Below, piece by piece: positions 46,330 to 55,486 of a stretch of 64,000 nt of DNA. Source of the DNA: a virus; IMG/VR virus record IMGVR_UViG_3300046512_000174, positions 29,466 to 93,465 of that record; one strand, given 5' to 3'. The position numbers were made by a program, and so were the translations under genes. The stretch's first letter is position 1, and every line of letters starts with the position of its first letter. The notes below the pieces were generated by a model that saw nothing but the letters and a program-made list of their open reading frames with translations, searched no databases and was not told the DNA's origin.

Positions 46330-48960
46330 ATGACTAGAAAACCCTCGATAAAACTCCCTACGCCGCATCGCGTACAGCAGAAGATTCTCGACAAAGCCAG
46401 CCGCTTCAACGCGGTCGCCATGGGCGAACAGGGCGGGAAAACCACCCTCGGCATTGAGGTGCTTTTGCTTGGCCCGCGCGGAGCTATCAAAGGCAAAGCC
46501 CCGGTCGGATGGTTCTCGGCTACCGAATCCAAAATGCTCGAAGTTGTTGGCATGGTGGTGGCAGCGATCGCGCCGCTGATCAAGCGCCGCGTGAGCAACA
46601 AGCGGATCGACCTGACCACCGGCGGTTCGATGTTCTTCTACAGCATGGACGACCTGCCCGAGGTGTATGAGCAGTTCGGTCTGGTCGTTGTCGATGATGT
46701 CTGCCGGGTAAATGGATTCCTGTCCACCTATGAGCCGGTGCTCACGCAAGCCCTCGAAGCCCACAATGGCGACGCGTGGTTCCTGTCTGGCGCCTACGGT
46801 AAGCGCAACGACTTCCACAAGCTGCTACAGGCCGGCAAGCAGGATCCTGACTGGTCGTGCTGGCAGTTCGATTCGTTCTGCAACCCGTTCCTGAGCGAAG
46901 CCACCAAGGAGGAGGCCGACAAGGTCAGTGAACCAGAGTACCTGCAGCGCTTCGGCGCCGAGTTTCTGGATGTTGCGATCGAGCTGACCAATGCGCAGCG
47001 GGTCATCGGCCCGGATGAAACATTCCGCCAGTGGGTTGAGCGACTTGCGGCTGATGGCCTCAAGGTCGACGGGCGCGCATTCAAGCTGTCCGACCGCCCT
47101 GCCATGGCGTGGATCTACGATCAGGTCCCCAGCACCGCAGACGAGGCATTCCGTTACGTGCTGGTGCTGATGAAGTGCGCGCAGGTGGGATTTACCGTCA
47201 TGGAAATGCTGGCGGTGATCTATCTGGGGATCAAGTTTCAGCCGGCGACCGTGGGCATGTTCCTGCCCGATATGAACTTGGCCGGCCTCAAGTCTGCCGA
47301 ACGTTTCATGCCGATCGTGCGCACCATCCCGGACGTTCACAACCTGATGACTATGGATGACCCGAACGGCGGCGGCAGGAAGTCTGGCGAAGGCAACGTG
47401 CGGACGCGGCGGATCTCCGAGGCGATGTTCGTCTTCAGCTGGACCTCCGGTCGATCGACCACGGAATCGATCCCGATGGACATCCTGTCGTTCGACGAAG
47501 TGCAGGAAATGACACTCGAGCAGCTGGAGAAGACCCGCGAACGTCTGTCTGCGAGCCCGATCCGTTTTACGCTGATGGGGAGCACCGCGAACTGGCCGGA
47601 CGTGGATATTCACCACTGGTACAAAAAGGGCAGCAAGCACCGGTTCCATACCGAGTGCCCGCACTGCCTTGAGGCCAAGCCGCTGGATGACTATTTCCCG
47701 GAGTGCATCAAATACGACAAGATCACCAACCGGCATCGCTACGTTTGCTTCAGCTGCCAAGGCTGGATCGACGACACCCAGCGCGGCGAGTGGGTTGCAG
47801 AAGAACCCGAGCTTGATCCGCCGATCGACCATTCGATGCCAAAGCGCGACTGGCCATTGCGTATTCGCTCAATTCACTTTCCGCAGTTCCTGTCGCCGAC
47901 CATCTCGGCCGGCGAGATCATCGACGCGTACAACACCGCTACGGACATGAAGAACTTTTTCAACCGTAAGCTGGGCAAGCCGTACCTTGACCCGAGTCAG
48001 GTGCCGGTCACGCTCGAGCACATGGCGAACTGCGCCAAGGTCGGTATGGCCGCCGGTATCGTCTGGAAGTCGCGCGCGAAGGGCGCCTACATGGGAATCG
48101 ACCAGATGGGTAACTTCAACGTTCATGTGATCAAGGAACGGCTGCCAGACGGGCGTCAGGCCGTGATCCACGTTGAGGAAACCTACAGCGCGGATCCGTT
48201 CGCGCGATCGGCTGAGCTGATGGACCTTTACGGCATCGCCATCTGCGTGGTCGAGATCAACCCGAACTACAACGACGCGAAAAAGTTCGCAAACCAGTTC
48301 CCCGGCCGGGTGTTCATCTGCAACAGCTTCGGCAGCATGATGGAAGGCATGATTCAGTGGGGCGACACGCCGAAACTCGATCGCAGCGATCGGCGCACCG
48401 ATGAGGACGCTCAGGATCGCTACACCCTGAAAATGGACCAGTACAAGTGCATGCAGGTCAGCATGTCGCGCTTCACCACACCCGAACCGTCCTGCATTTT
48501 CCCAGATCCGCAGGGGTTGGTTCAGGAAGTCATCGACAAGGGCCAGAAACAGATGGTGGCCGTCCTCCCGCGCGTGTTCCACCACTTCACCAAGACCGCA
48601 CTTGTGGCGGAAAAGGACGAGGAAACGAACCAGTACCGGCGATCGGTGAAAAAGGTCGGCATCGACCCCCACTTCAGCTACGCCAACATGCTGTGCGATG
48701 TGGCATGGTCGCGCTCACACGGCACCACCACGTTCATCCTGCCCGATATCGACAGCACCCAGCGCGGCCTGCTGGAGCCGGGCAACATTCAGGTGCCGGG
48801 CACGATCGCTGCTGCAATGCATGAACAGCAGATGGCGCTGGAGGACACCTGCGGGCGCTGCACACACTTCAACGAGGAAACCCGCATGTGCGCGGAGAAC
48901 ATGGTTCTGACCCGGGCCACAAGTCCGAGCTGCTACGCCTACATCGCCAAGCAGTCGTGA
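46330..48960 (+). CDS. Terminase large subunit (degenerate N-terminal ATPase-like domain + gpA-type terminase)
   Basis: PHRVQ...GEQGGKTT...VVDD; then MKCAQVGFT, SFDEV, GSTAN, zinc finger, MGIDQ nuclease; leaderless late promoter at 46309. Confidence 0.85.
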   Translation: MTRKPSIKLPTPHRVQQKILDKASRFNAVAMGEQGGKTTLGIEVLLLGPRGAIKGKAPVGWFSATESKMLEVVGMVVAAIAPLIKRRVSNKRIDLTTGGSMFFYSMDDLPEVYEQFGLVVVDDVCRVNGFLSTYEPVLTQALEAHNGDAWFLSGAYGKRNDFHKLLQAGKQDPDWSCWQFDSFCNPFLSEATKEEADKVSEPEYLQRFGAEFLDVAIELTNAQRVIGPDETFRQWVERLAADGLKVDGRAFKLSDRPAMAWIYDQVPSTADEAFRYVLVLMKCAQVGFTVMEMLAVIYLGIKFQPATVGMFLPDMNLAGLKSAERFMPIVRTIPDVHNLMTMDDPNGGGRKSGEGNVRTRRISEAMFVFSWTSGRSTTESIPMDILSFDEVQEMTLEQLEKTRERLSASPIRFTLMGSTANWPDVDIHHWYKKGSKHRFHTECPHCLEAKPLDDYFPECIKYDKITNRHRYVCFSCQGWIDDTQRGEWVAEEPELDPPIDHSMPKRDWPLRIRSIHFPQFLSPTISAGEIIDAYNTATDMKNFFNRKLGKPYLDPSQVPVTLEHMANCAKVGMAAGIVWKSRAKGAYMGIDQMGNFNVHVIKERLPDGRQAVIHVEETYSADPFARSAELMDLYGIAICVVEINPNYNDAKKFANQFPGRVFICNSFGSMMEGMIQWGDTPKLDRSDRRTDEDAQDRYTLKMDQYKCMQVSMSRFTTPEPSCIFPDPQGLVQEVIDKGQKQMVAVLPRVFHHFTKTALVAEKDEETNQYRRSVKKVGIDPHFSYANMLCDVAWSRSHGTTTFILPDIDSTQRGLLEPGNIQVPGTIAAAMHEQQMALEDTCGRCTHFNEETRMCAENMVLTRATSPSCYAYIAKQS

Positions 48961-48995
48961 AACCAGACTGGTCACTTCGATAGACGAGGTGACCG

Positions 48996-49637
48996 ATGAA
49001 AATGAAACTGCTGGATTATCCACGCGCTCTGGCGCAGGCGATCGGATTGATCGCTCTGCGCGTGGTGCTGATCGTTGCCGGGTTTGCGGTCGTCCCGATC
49101 GCATTGCCATTCCGCAAGGTGGACGCAAGCACCACCAAACCGTTCAAAGAGAACGCCGGTAACTGGACGCTGGTCACGCTGCCGCGCTGGGCGTGGCTGT
49201 GGTCCAACGACCGTGACGGGGCAATGGGTGATGAGCGTGGCTGGTGGCACGTCAACGGGCCGTTTGGGCTGCCATCCGATCACTGGTTTTCGATGCTGGT
49301 TTGGCTGGCCTTCCGCAACCCGGCGAACAACGCGCGCTTCACCAAGTTCATGGGCTGCCCGGTGCTGGATTGCGTGTATGACTACTGGGGCGACAAGGTG
49401 GTCAAGGATAAGGTAGGGAATGCCGGGCGCCGATTTCTGGTCGCCACCCACAAAGTAACTGACCGACGCTACTACGGCTTCTACTGGGTGAAGATCTGGA
49501 ACCCACAGCGCGCACTGGTCGTGCAGATCGGGTTCAAAGGAGAGCCATCGGACTGGCAAGAGGATTATTCTGGCGATGAGAGCCGTCAGTGGAAAGGGCT
49601 GACCTGCGAGATCAACCCGTGGAAGAATATCGCCTGA
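48996..49637 (+). CDS. Late membrane-anchored phage protein
   Basis: N-terminal hydrophobic helix, WLAFRNPANN; late motif at 48955. Confidence 0.7.
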   Translation: MKMKLLDYPRALAQAIGLIALRVVLIVAGFAVVPIALPFRKVDASTTKPFKENAGNWTLVTLPRWAWLWSNDRDGAMGDERGWWHVNGPFGLPSDHWFSMLVWLAFRNPANNARFTKFMGCPVLDCVYDYWGDKVVKDKVGNAGRRFLVATHKVTDRRYYGFYWVKIWNPQRALVVQIGFKGEPSDWQEDYSGDESRQWKGLTCEINPWKNIA

Positions 49638-49640
49638 CGG

Positions 49641-50033
49641 CTACTGTCCGCGAGTCAACAGGAACTGGCTCATGTAGTCGCTCCACGTCGTGAAGCCCGG
49701 CAGTTTTTTGAAGTCGTCAACGCTCAGCCGGATGTAAATGTCCTTACCGGTGTTCTGGTCGACGCCGGAGTACTCCACGCTGCCATCGCGATTCACCAGC
49801 CAGCACCCAAGATTGATACGCTGGGTGCTGGCTGGATACCCGGCTACCGCCGACAACATCCGCGCTGAATGCTGGCCGAACTTGCAGTCGATTGAGTCGA
49901 CAGGGCCGTCACTGAGCTGCAGGGTCAGCACGGTTGTTTTGTAGGTGACCACGCGCTCGGCGATGGCCTGCTCAGCGTTTGCCGAACCAACCATGGCCAG
50001 CACCAGCCCTATCACCGCGATTACCTGCTTCAT
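49641..50033 (-). CDS. Exported hypothetical protein
   Basis: Signal peptide ending ANA. Confidence 0.7.
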   Translation of the reverse strand: MKQVIAVIGLVLAMVGSANAEQAIAERVVTYKTTVLTLQLSDGPVDSIDCKFGQHSARMLSAVAGYPASTQRINLGCWLVNRDGSVEYSGVDQNTGKDIYIRLSVDDFKKLPGFTTWSDYMSQFLLTRGQ

Positions 50034-50048
50034 ACAGCCTCCGATCGA

Positions 50049-50621
50049 TCAGAATGGGGGATCCAGAAAATCCCGGAGTTCTTCTTTGAATGCCGCCACG
50101 TCAAGCCCTTGCCATGAGTCTATGCGCTTTATGACTTTCTGGGTAACCACCGTTCGGTGCTCATGCTTTCCACAGTGTTTGCACTTGCGTGCGTTGCGGT
50201 TGATCATCGCCCATTCATGAGTGCCATCAGGCCAAACTATGCACCGGCCGCGCTCAAGATATTCGCTCCAAAACCAGTCGGTGACATCAAGCCAGTTGGC
50301 AGTGTTGAAAGCGCCCCCGTAGGAGTAATCGCAGTGCCCCTTGCCTGTCCTGCATACCTCGCGCAACGGCTGTCCGAGGAAGTGCCCGTCGTGCATCTGA
50401 CCGATATAAAGCAGGCGCAGGTGCAACTTTTCGCCAGACTTCACGCCGTCCAGCGTTGGCGAGAATGGCCGGCCGTAAATACCGTCCCACGCTGAAACAT
50501 AGATCCGCTCACGACCTTTCTTGGCAGCTCGCAGGTACAGACGCCAGCTGAACTTGTCCGACTTGCTGCGCTCAGCAGGCTTGATCTGATTGGCGAAGGC
50601 GATACGTTCTTTTGCGTCCAT
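50049..50621 (-). CDS. Hypothetical phage protein
   Basis: 190 aa; FWSEYLERGRC, CKHC. Confidence 0.7.
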   Translation of the reverse strand: MDAKERIAFANQIKPAERSKSDKFSWRLYLRAAKKGRERIYVSAWDGIYGRPFSPTLDGVKSGEKLHLRLLYIGQMHDGHFLGQPLREVCRTGKGHCDYSYGGAFNTANWLDVTDWFWSEYLERGRCIVWPDGTHEWAMINRNARKCKHCGKHEHRTVVTQKVIKRIDSWQGLDVAAFKEELRDFLDPPF

Positions 50622-50662
50622 GATGATCCCCAGCCGGGCAGAGCCCGGCGGTCAAAGGTGGC

Positions 50663-51604
50663 TTAGGCAGTTGTCAACTCAGGGTTTACACCTGCTTCAG
50701 CTTCATCGGCAGGCGGCTCATAGCCAAGCAGGTCGCACAGAGAGGTTACGACGTTGCCGACCAGCATCGACTGAATCGAGGCTTCCTGCTGCCAGATGTA
50801 CAGGCCATCGTCTTCGGGGTTGTGTTCGATGTCGTCGAGGAACCCGATCTGTTTGAACGTGAAGTCCTGATTCAGCTTGAACTCGACGCCGCCGTAACCG
50901 AGGCTCAGAGCTCGAACTTCAAAGCCTGACTCGATGCGTTCAAGGATTCCGACCTTGGCTGCATCGAGCGCATCCAGCTTGTACGTCACTTTTTGGCCGC
51001 CGCGCGCCAGTTCTACCTGCTCGCCGACAAGGAACTCATTGACCGCGAAGGCTTCATGGTTGTCGTTGAGGTGGTTCTTCAGGCGGGTTGTCAGACCACT
51101 TTTGATATCGCTTATGTGGATGGTGGTGGTCTTCACGCTGCCAACCACCTGAATCAAGGTGCCGATGACGTGACTGGCCAACAGCTTGCTGGTTACAGGA
51201 ACAATCAGCAGGTTTTTGTCTTCACGATAGTAGACGGTGATGATCGCTGTCTTCACCAACGCGGTCTTGGCGAGCTGCACCAGCGTGTCGTCATGGATGG
51301 CCAGTCGCTCAACCTTGCTCAGGCGGGCGCCGGTCTGGGACTGGATTTTTGCAATGCGTTCTTCGGCGCGTGCGCGGACGATTGCTTTCGGCAGGATCTT
51401 TTCGTCGAGGCGCATGCAGAAGGCGTAGCCACCGACAAACTCGGTCACCAGCTCATTGCTGATCTTGTGCGGAACAAAGCTGATGCGGGCCAGCTCGGTT
51501 TCGCCTATCGGTGCATACGGGCGTTCGGCAAGGTGCATGCCGAGGTGATGAGCTTGTGGCAGGGTGGCGGCATAAACGATGGCTTTTTTGATGAGGGTAG
51601 ACAT
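50663..51604 (-). CDS. rdgC: Recombination-associated protein RdgC-like
   Basis: KKAIVY, RLDEKILPKAIV, FKLNQDFTFKQIGF pattern; 313 aa. Confidence 0.75.
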   Translation of the reverse strand: MSTLIKKAIVYAATLPQAHHLGMHLAERPYAPIGETELARISFVPHKISNELVTEFVGGYAFCMRLDEKILPKAIVRARAEERIAKIQSQTGARLSKVERLAIHDDTLVQLAKTALVKTAIITVYYREDKNLLIVPVTSKLLASHVIGTLIQVVGSVKTTTIHISDIKSGLTTRLKNHLNDNHEAFAVNEFLVGEQVELARGGQKVTYKLDALDAAKVGILERIESGFEVRALSLGYGGVEFKLNQDFTFKQIGFLDDIEHNPEDDGLYIWQQEASIQSMLVGNVVTSLCDLLGYEPPADEAEAGVNPELTTA

Positions 51605-51658
51605 GGTGTTTACTCTTTTGTCGTCGAAGTAGTTGCCCGGCCGGAGCCGGGCAGTTGG

Positions 51659-52270
51659 TTACGCGGTTACTGCAACAGGCTGTGGCGGCATGGCCCGGGC
51701 GTAGTGCCGGATCAGAAGCGCGGTGATCAGGATCCCGCCACCGATGGCAATGACTACGATCAGCAACAACAGCGCAACTTTCTGCTGGTCTTTGTCACCC
51801 TTGAAGAGATCTCCTACCTTGCTGAAGGCGTCAGGAACGTTGCTGGTGGCGTTGTAAACGTTGTGCGCCATGGCGAAGGTGTTCCATGCGGCCACGCCAA
51901 TATTGGCAATGTTGCGCTCACGCCATGCGGTGATCAGCGAGTGGATGGTGATGATCAGGCCAGATCCCAGTGCGGGGACGATGATCAGCAGGTACCAGAG
52001 ACTGATTGCCGACTCGAGGTATTGCTGAGGAAGGTGCCCAGTGGCAAAGGCGGTAAAGCCGAGCGCCAGAATCAGCACCGAGCTGAAACCGACTGCAGAC
52101 TGGATCGCTGCGCACCACACCAGTAGACGCATGAAGCCGCCGACTTTTTTCGCCTCGTACCAGATCGCCCCTGCTGATCGACAGTTGAGCCAGCTGATAA
52201 GCAGGTTGAGCGCAAGAACGCCAAAGATGATGAGTAGTCCCATGATGATTTCCGAGAAAGAGCCGCGCAC
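51659..52270 (-). CDS. Multi-pass membrane protein
   Basis: Four to five hydrophobic helices; operator at 52303-52320 upstream. Confidence 0.75.
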   Translation of the reverse strand: MRGSFSEIIMGLLIIFGVLALNLLISWLNCRSAGAIWYEAKKVGGFMRLLVWCAAIQSAVGFSSVLILALGFTAFATGHLPQQYLESAISLWYLLIIVPALGSGLIITIHSLITAWRERNIANIGVAAWNTFAMAHNVYNATSNVPDAFSKVGDLFKGDKDQQKVALLLLIVVIAIGGGILITALLIRHYARAMPPQPVAVTA

Positions 52271-52348
52271 CGGGGCGGCAAACCGTTGAGACTCAATGGT
52301 AGTTCATCATATTTGATTAATGCAATAGCGCTCATAAAGATTGCAGGC

Positions 52349-52384
52349 AAAAAAAAGCCCCGACTCAATTAAGAGCCGAGGCTT
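52349..52384 (-). terminator. Intrinsic terminator closing the ncRNA cluster
   Basis: AAGCCTCGGCTC-TTAATT-GAGTCGGGGC-T8 on -. Confidence 0.8.
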
Positions 52385-52411
52385 GATGGTGATGTCCGGT
52401 GCTGAGATTCC

Positions 52412-52481
52412 GGTTCATGGCGAGAATTGAACTCGCGACGCGCCTTTTGTGAGGTCGCTCTACCAACTGAGCTACATGATC
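52412..52481 (-). ncRNA. tRNA-like element with shortened anticodon arm, no CCA
   Basis: GATCATG-TA-GCTCAGTTGGTAGAGC...GCGAGTTCAATTCTCGC-CATGAAC. Confidence 0.6.
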
Positions 52482-53226
52482 ACGATCTGGTCACCCGGTC
52501 TAGAAATCCGGTTACCCGTCCCGCTTAGCGTATCAGCCTACGCATTCATCAACATCGGGGTGTGATCTTGCTTGCTGGTGCCCCAGCTTTTTCAATTCTC
52601 GACCTACACCGCGGGAGCTAATCGAGGTTGTGCAAAATCACACTCCGATGCAGCCTAGTGCTACGTCTAGGTCGTATCGGTACAGCTTATTCAAACTGGC
52701 GTGCGCCTTGACCGGGCTTACAGTTCCGATCGCGCCCCTGTTATGCCTGCATCGGGGCAGCTAACACTCCAGCATTCCGAGCTGTCGCGGTTGATACAGA
52801 TGGCCGGTGCTGCTTTTCCGGCTTGGTCTATTGGCAAGGATTGGATACCTCTGCCGCTTCGACCGGTAATCGCGTATGCGCATCAGCCTGCGCCCTCATC
52901 TGCATCGGACAAGCATCAAGTTCGCGGCGTCCCGCTAGCTGCGTCAATCATGGAGGAGTCGAACCCCGGCATCTGTTAGGTGGGATCTTGAAACCCCCAT
53001 GGGCCAAGCGTAATCCCCTTCCAGTTGTACAGCCATTCCACGCAGGCTTGATGCTTGTCCGATGCAGCCTCGCCAAGGAGGCTTGATTCTGATTGGCGAA
53101 GTTGTCGGTCTGGGCTCTCCCAGATGTAGGCCAGTAGCTTGCCATTAGCGCCCCACGCTGACTGCTGTTCTTCTTAGCTGTTCCAGTGAACTGGTCAGCC
53201 TCAGTCGTACAGCAGGTTTTGTGCTC

Positions 53227-53302
53227 TGGCAGGTCGTCAGGGATTCGAACCCCATCCACACGGCTTTGGAGGCCGGCATGCATGCCATCACAACCACGAC
53301 CC
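53227..53302 (-). tRNA. tRNA-Trp (CCA) with atypical D arm
   Basis: 76 nt; acceptor GGGTCGT/ACGACCT, loop CT-CCA-AA, GTTCGAAT, 3' G-CCA. Confidence 0.75.
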
Positions 53303-53469
53303 AAATCAGTGAAGCCACATTAGGGCGGACTCTCCCGAGTACATAGAGAACATCGGGGAAGGATGCGGGAAAGCCCGCTCTAATGTGAGCCTCTTGCCAG
53401 ACTGTGCATCATGCCCGGCGATTTGGAATCTACTTGCTTGCTCAAATCAGAGCAAGATGTTTTTGCAAT

Positions 53470-53715
53470 TTATTTTTTGGTGTTTGGCTGGACTCTTTTC
53501 CGGTACTGCCTTTTTTTGTCGGTGTCGCAGGACTTGCACCAGCTGTGATAAGCATTGCGCGATGGCAGCCAGCAGAAAAAATCAGGATCCAGCGGCCACC
53601 ACTCACTGCACTTTGTGCAAAGTTTTTCTTGACCGTCTTCAGTGGTTGCCACCGACACCTCATGCCAGTGTGTGGCGAGGAGTTGCTTGGCACGTTTTTT
53701 TGCTGCAAAACTCAT
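53470..53715 (-). CDS. Small zinc-finger protein
   Basis: KLCTKCSEWWP...SWCKSC; operator at 53751-53768 upstream. Confidence 0.6.
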   Translation of the reverse strand: MSFAAKKRAKQLLATHWHEVSVATTEDGQEKLCTKCSEWWPLDPDFFCWLPSRNAYHSWCKSCDTDKKRQYRKRVQPNTKK

Positions 53716-53814
53716 TTCGCCGCTCGATGTCTTTAGTGATTGCGGGATCATAACTCAAATATGATTAGCGTCAAAGATAGCAGCGACAAACCGTCGTGAC
53801 GGCATGCTGTGGCC

Positions 53815-55455
53815 ATGACCGACAATGCCATCCAAACCGCGCACGACCCTTCTGCTCCGAAAGATGAGCAGCAGGACGCCATGCGCGAAGCACAAAAGAA
53901 CGCGATCCCGAGCAGTGTCGAAGACATGATGCCGCTGATCAAATTCATGACCCAGCAATACGAGGATCAGCAGTTCGCGAAGGCGCTGACAAAGCCCAAC
54001 GTGATCCCGTATCCAAGCATGGCGGCCGCCAAGGGCGAATCCGGTATGCAGTCCGTATATCTGGACGAGCGCCGGGTCGAGATGCTTGGGGAGTATTACG
54101 AGCGCCCGGGGGCCTTCGGCTTCGACATGATGCGCGCAATGGTCGACCAGACGCCGATCCTGTCGGCGGTGATCATGACCCGCGAGCGGCAGATCCGTCG
54201 GTTCTGTCGTGTGCAGGAAACCGGGAAAGGCCCCGGATTCGCGATCCGGCACAAGGACCAGAGCATCAAGATGGGCAAGACCGAGCAGAGCACCATCACT
54301 CTGCTCGAAAGCTTTTTCACGAACTGCGGCTGGGAGTCGAAGCCGCGTCAGCGCATGCGCCTGCGTCGCGACAACTTTTCCGGATTCATGTCGAAGCTGG
54401 TGCGGGACACGCTGACCATGGACAGCGCCGCGATCGAAACCGAGTGGAAGCGTGACAAGGCCAAAGGCCTCGACGGCATGTACGCGGTCGACGGTGCGAC
54501 CATCCGCCTCTGCACCGAGTCGGGCTACCGTGGCGATGATGAGCTGTTCGCGCTACAGGTGGTTCAGGGCAACATCCGCGCGGCCTACACCTATGACGAT
54601 TTGATCTACGTCCCGCGCAACCCGCGCACCGACGTGATGGTCGGCGGTTACGGCATGTCCGAGGTTGAGCTGCTGATCAAGGTGGTCACTGGCTTCCTCA
54701 ACGCCATGACTTACAACCTCAAGTTCTTCGACTCGAACACGATCCCGAAAGGGATCCTGCACATGGCCGGCGACTACAGCGCCGAAGACCTGAACAGCTT
54801 CAAGCGCTACTGGAACGCCATGACCAAGGGCGTGGCCAACGCGTGGACCATGCCGGTCATGATCGCCAAGAATGGCGAGTCGAAAGCGTCGTTTGAGAAA
54901 TTCGATGTCGATGTCGACGAGCTGATGTTTGGCAAGTGGATGACCTTCCTCACATCGATCATCTGCGCGATCTACGGCATGGCGCCGGATGAAATCAACT
55001 TTGAGAGCTTCACCACGGGCACCAGCTCGCTGAGCGGTAGCGACACCGAGGAAAAGTTGATCAACTCCAAGGACAAGGGGTTACGGCCGCTGCTGTCCTA
55101 CTTCGAGGATCTGTTTTCCGATTACGTCGTGTCTGAGTTCAACGAGAACTACGTGTTCCGCTGGACCGGTCTGGACGAGATGGATTCCAAACAGGCTTGG
55201 ACTGAGGAAAACGCGATCAGCACTTGGGGCGAGGCTCGCAAGGCTCGTGGTCAGGATGAAATCGCAGACGACGTGCTCAACAACGCGCCGCTCAACCCGA
55301 ACCTGATGGGCATCTACATGCAAACCGTGATGGGTGGCGGCGATGATGATTCACAGCCAGCAGGCGCCGCGCCAGCCAAGCCGAAAAAGGCACCGAAAAG
55401 CGATAGCGAGTTGCAAAAGGCCTTTGGCCTCCCGCAGTTCAGGGTAGATCCGTAA
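53815..55455 (+). CDS. Portal protein
   Basis: YAVDGATIR, YGMSEVE, NLKFF...PKGIL, YGMAPDEINF, KGLRPLL; leaderless late promoter at 53794. Confidence 0.9.
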   Translation: MTDNAIQTAHDPSAPKDEQQDAMREAQKNAIPSSVEDMMPLIKFMTQQYEDQQFAKALTKPNVIPYPSMAAAKGESGMQSVYLDERRVEMLGEYYERPGAFGFDMMRAMVDQTPILSAVIMTRERQIRRFCRVQETGKGPGFAIRHKDQSIKMGKTEQSTITLLESFFTNCGWESKPRQRMRLRRDNFSGFMSKLVRDTLTMDSAAIETEWKRDKAKGLDGMYAVDGATIRLCTESGYRGDDELFALQVVQGNIRAAYTYDDLIYVPRNPRTDVMVGGYGMSEVELLIKVVTGFLNAMTYNLKFFDSNTIPKGILHMAGDYSAEDLNSFKRYWNAMTKGVANAWTMPVMIAKNGESKASFEKFDVDVDELMFGKWMTFLTSIICAIYGMAPDEINFESFTTGTSSLSGSDTEEKLINSKDKGLRPLLSYFEDLFSDYVVSEFNENYVFRWTGLDEMDSKQAWTEENAISTWGEARKARGQDEIADDVLNNAPLNPNLMGIYMQTVMGGGDDDSQPAGAAPAKPKKAPKSDSELQKAFGLPQFRVDP

Positions 55456-55486
55456 CGGCGGATCGTCGTGACGCAATGATCAACGC

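Larger units (their letters stand above)
52386..53420 (-). ncRNA. ~1-kb multi-module non-coding RNA cluster
   Basis: No credible ORF; own promoter (TTGCTC-N17-TAGATT, 53427-53455) and terminator; several long stems; tRNA and tRNA-like units. Confidence 0.7.

Noticed and set aside
46330-48960. Intein or intron explaining the long terminase
   Set aside because: No C...HN-(C/S/T) intein ends or LAGLIDADG motifs; the extra length is an N-terminal domain
52940-53010. Third tRNA gene suggested by GGGGTTCGACTCC
   Set aside because: T-loop only; no acceptor, D or anticodon arms could be built; kept as part of the RNA cluster
52701-53304. Short ORFs across the RNA cluster
   Set aside because: No RBS, atypical composition, overlap the tRNA and long stems
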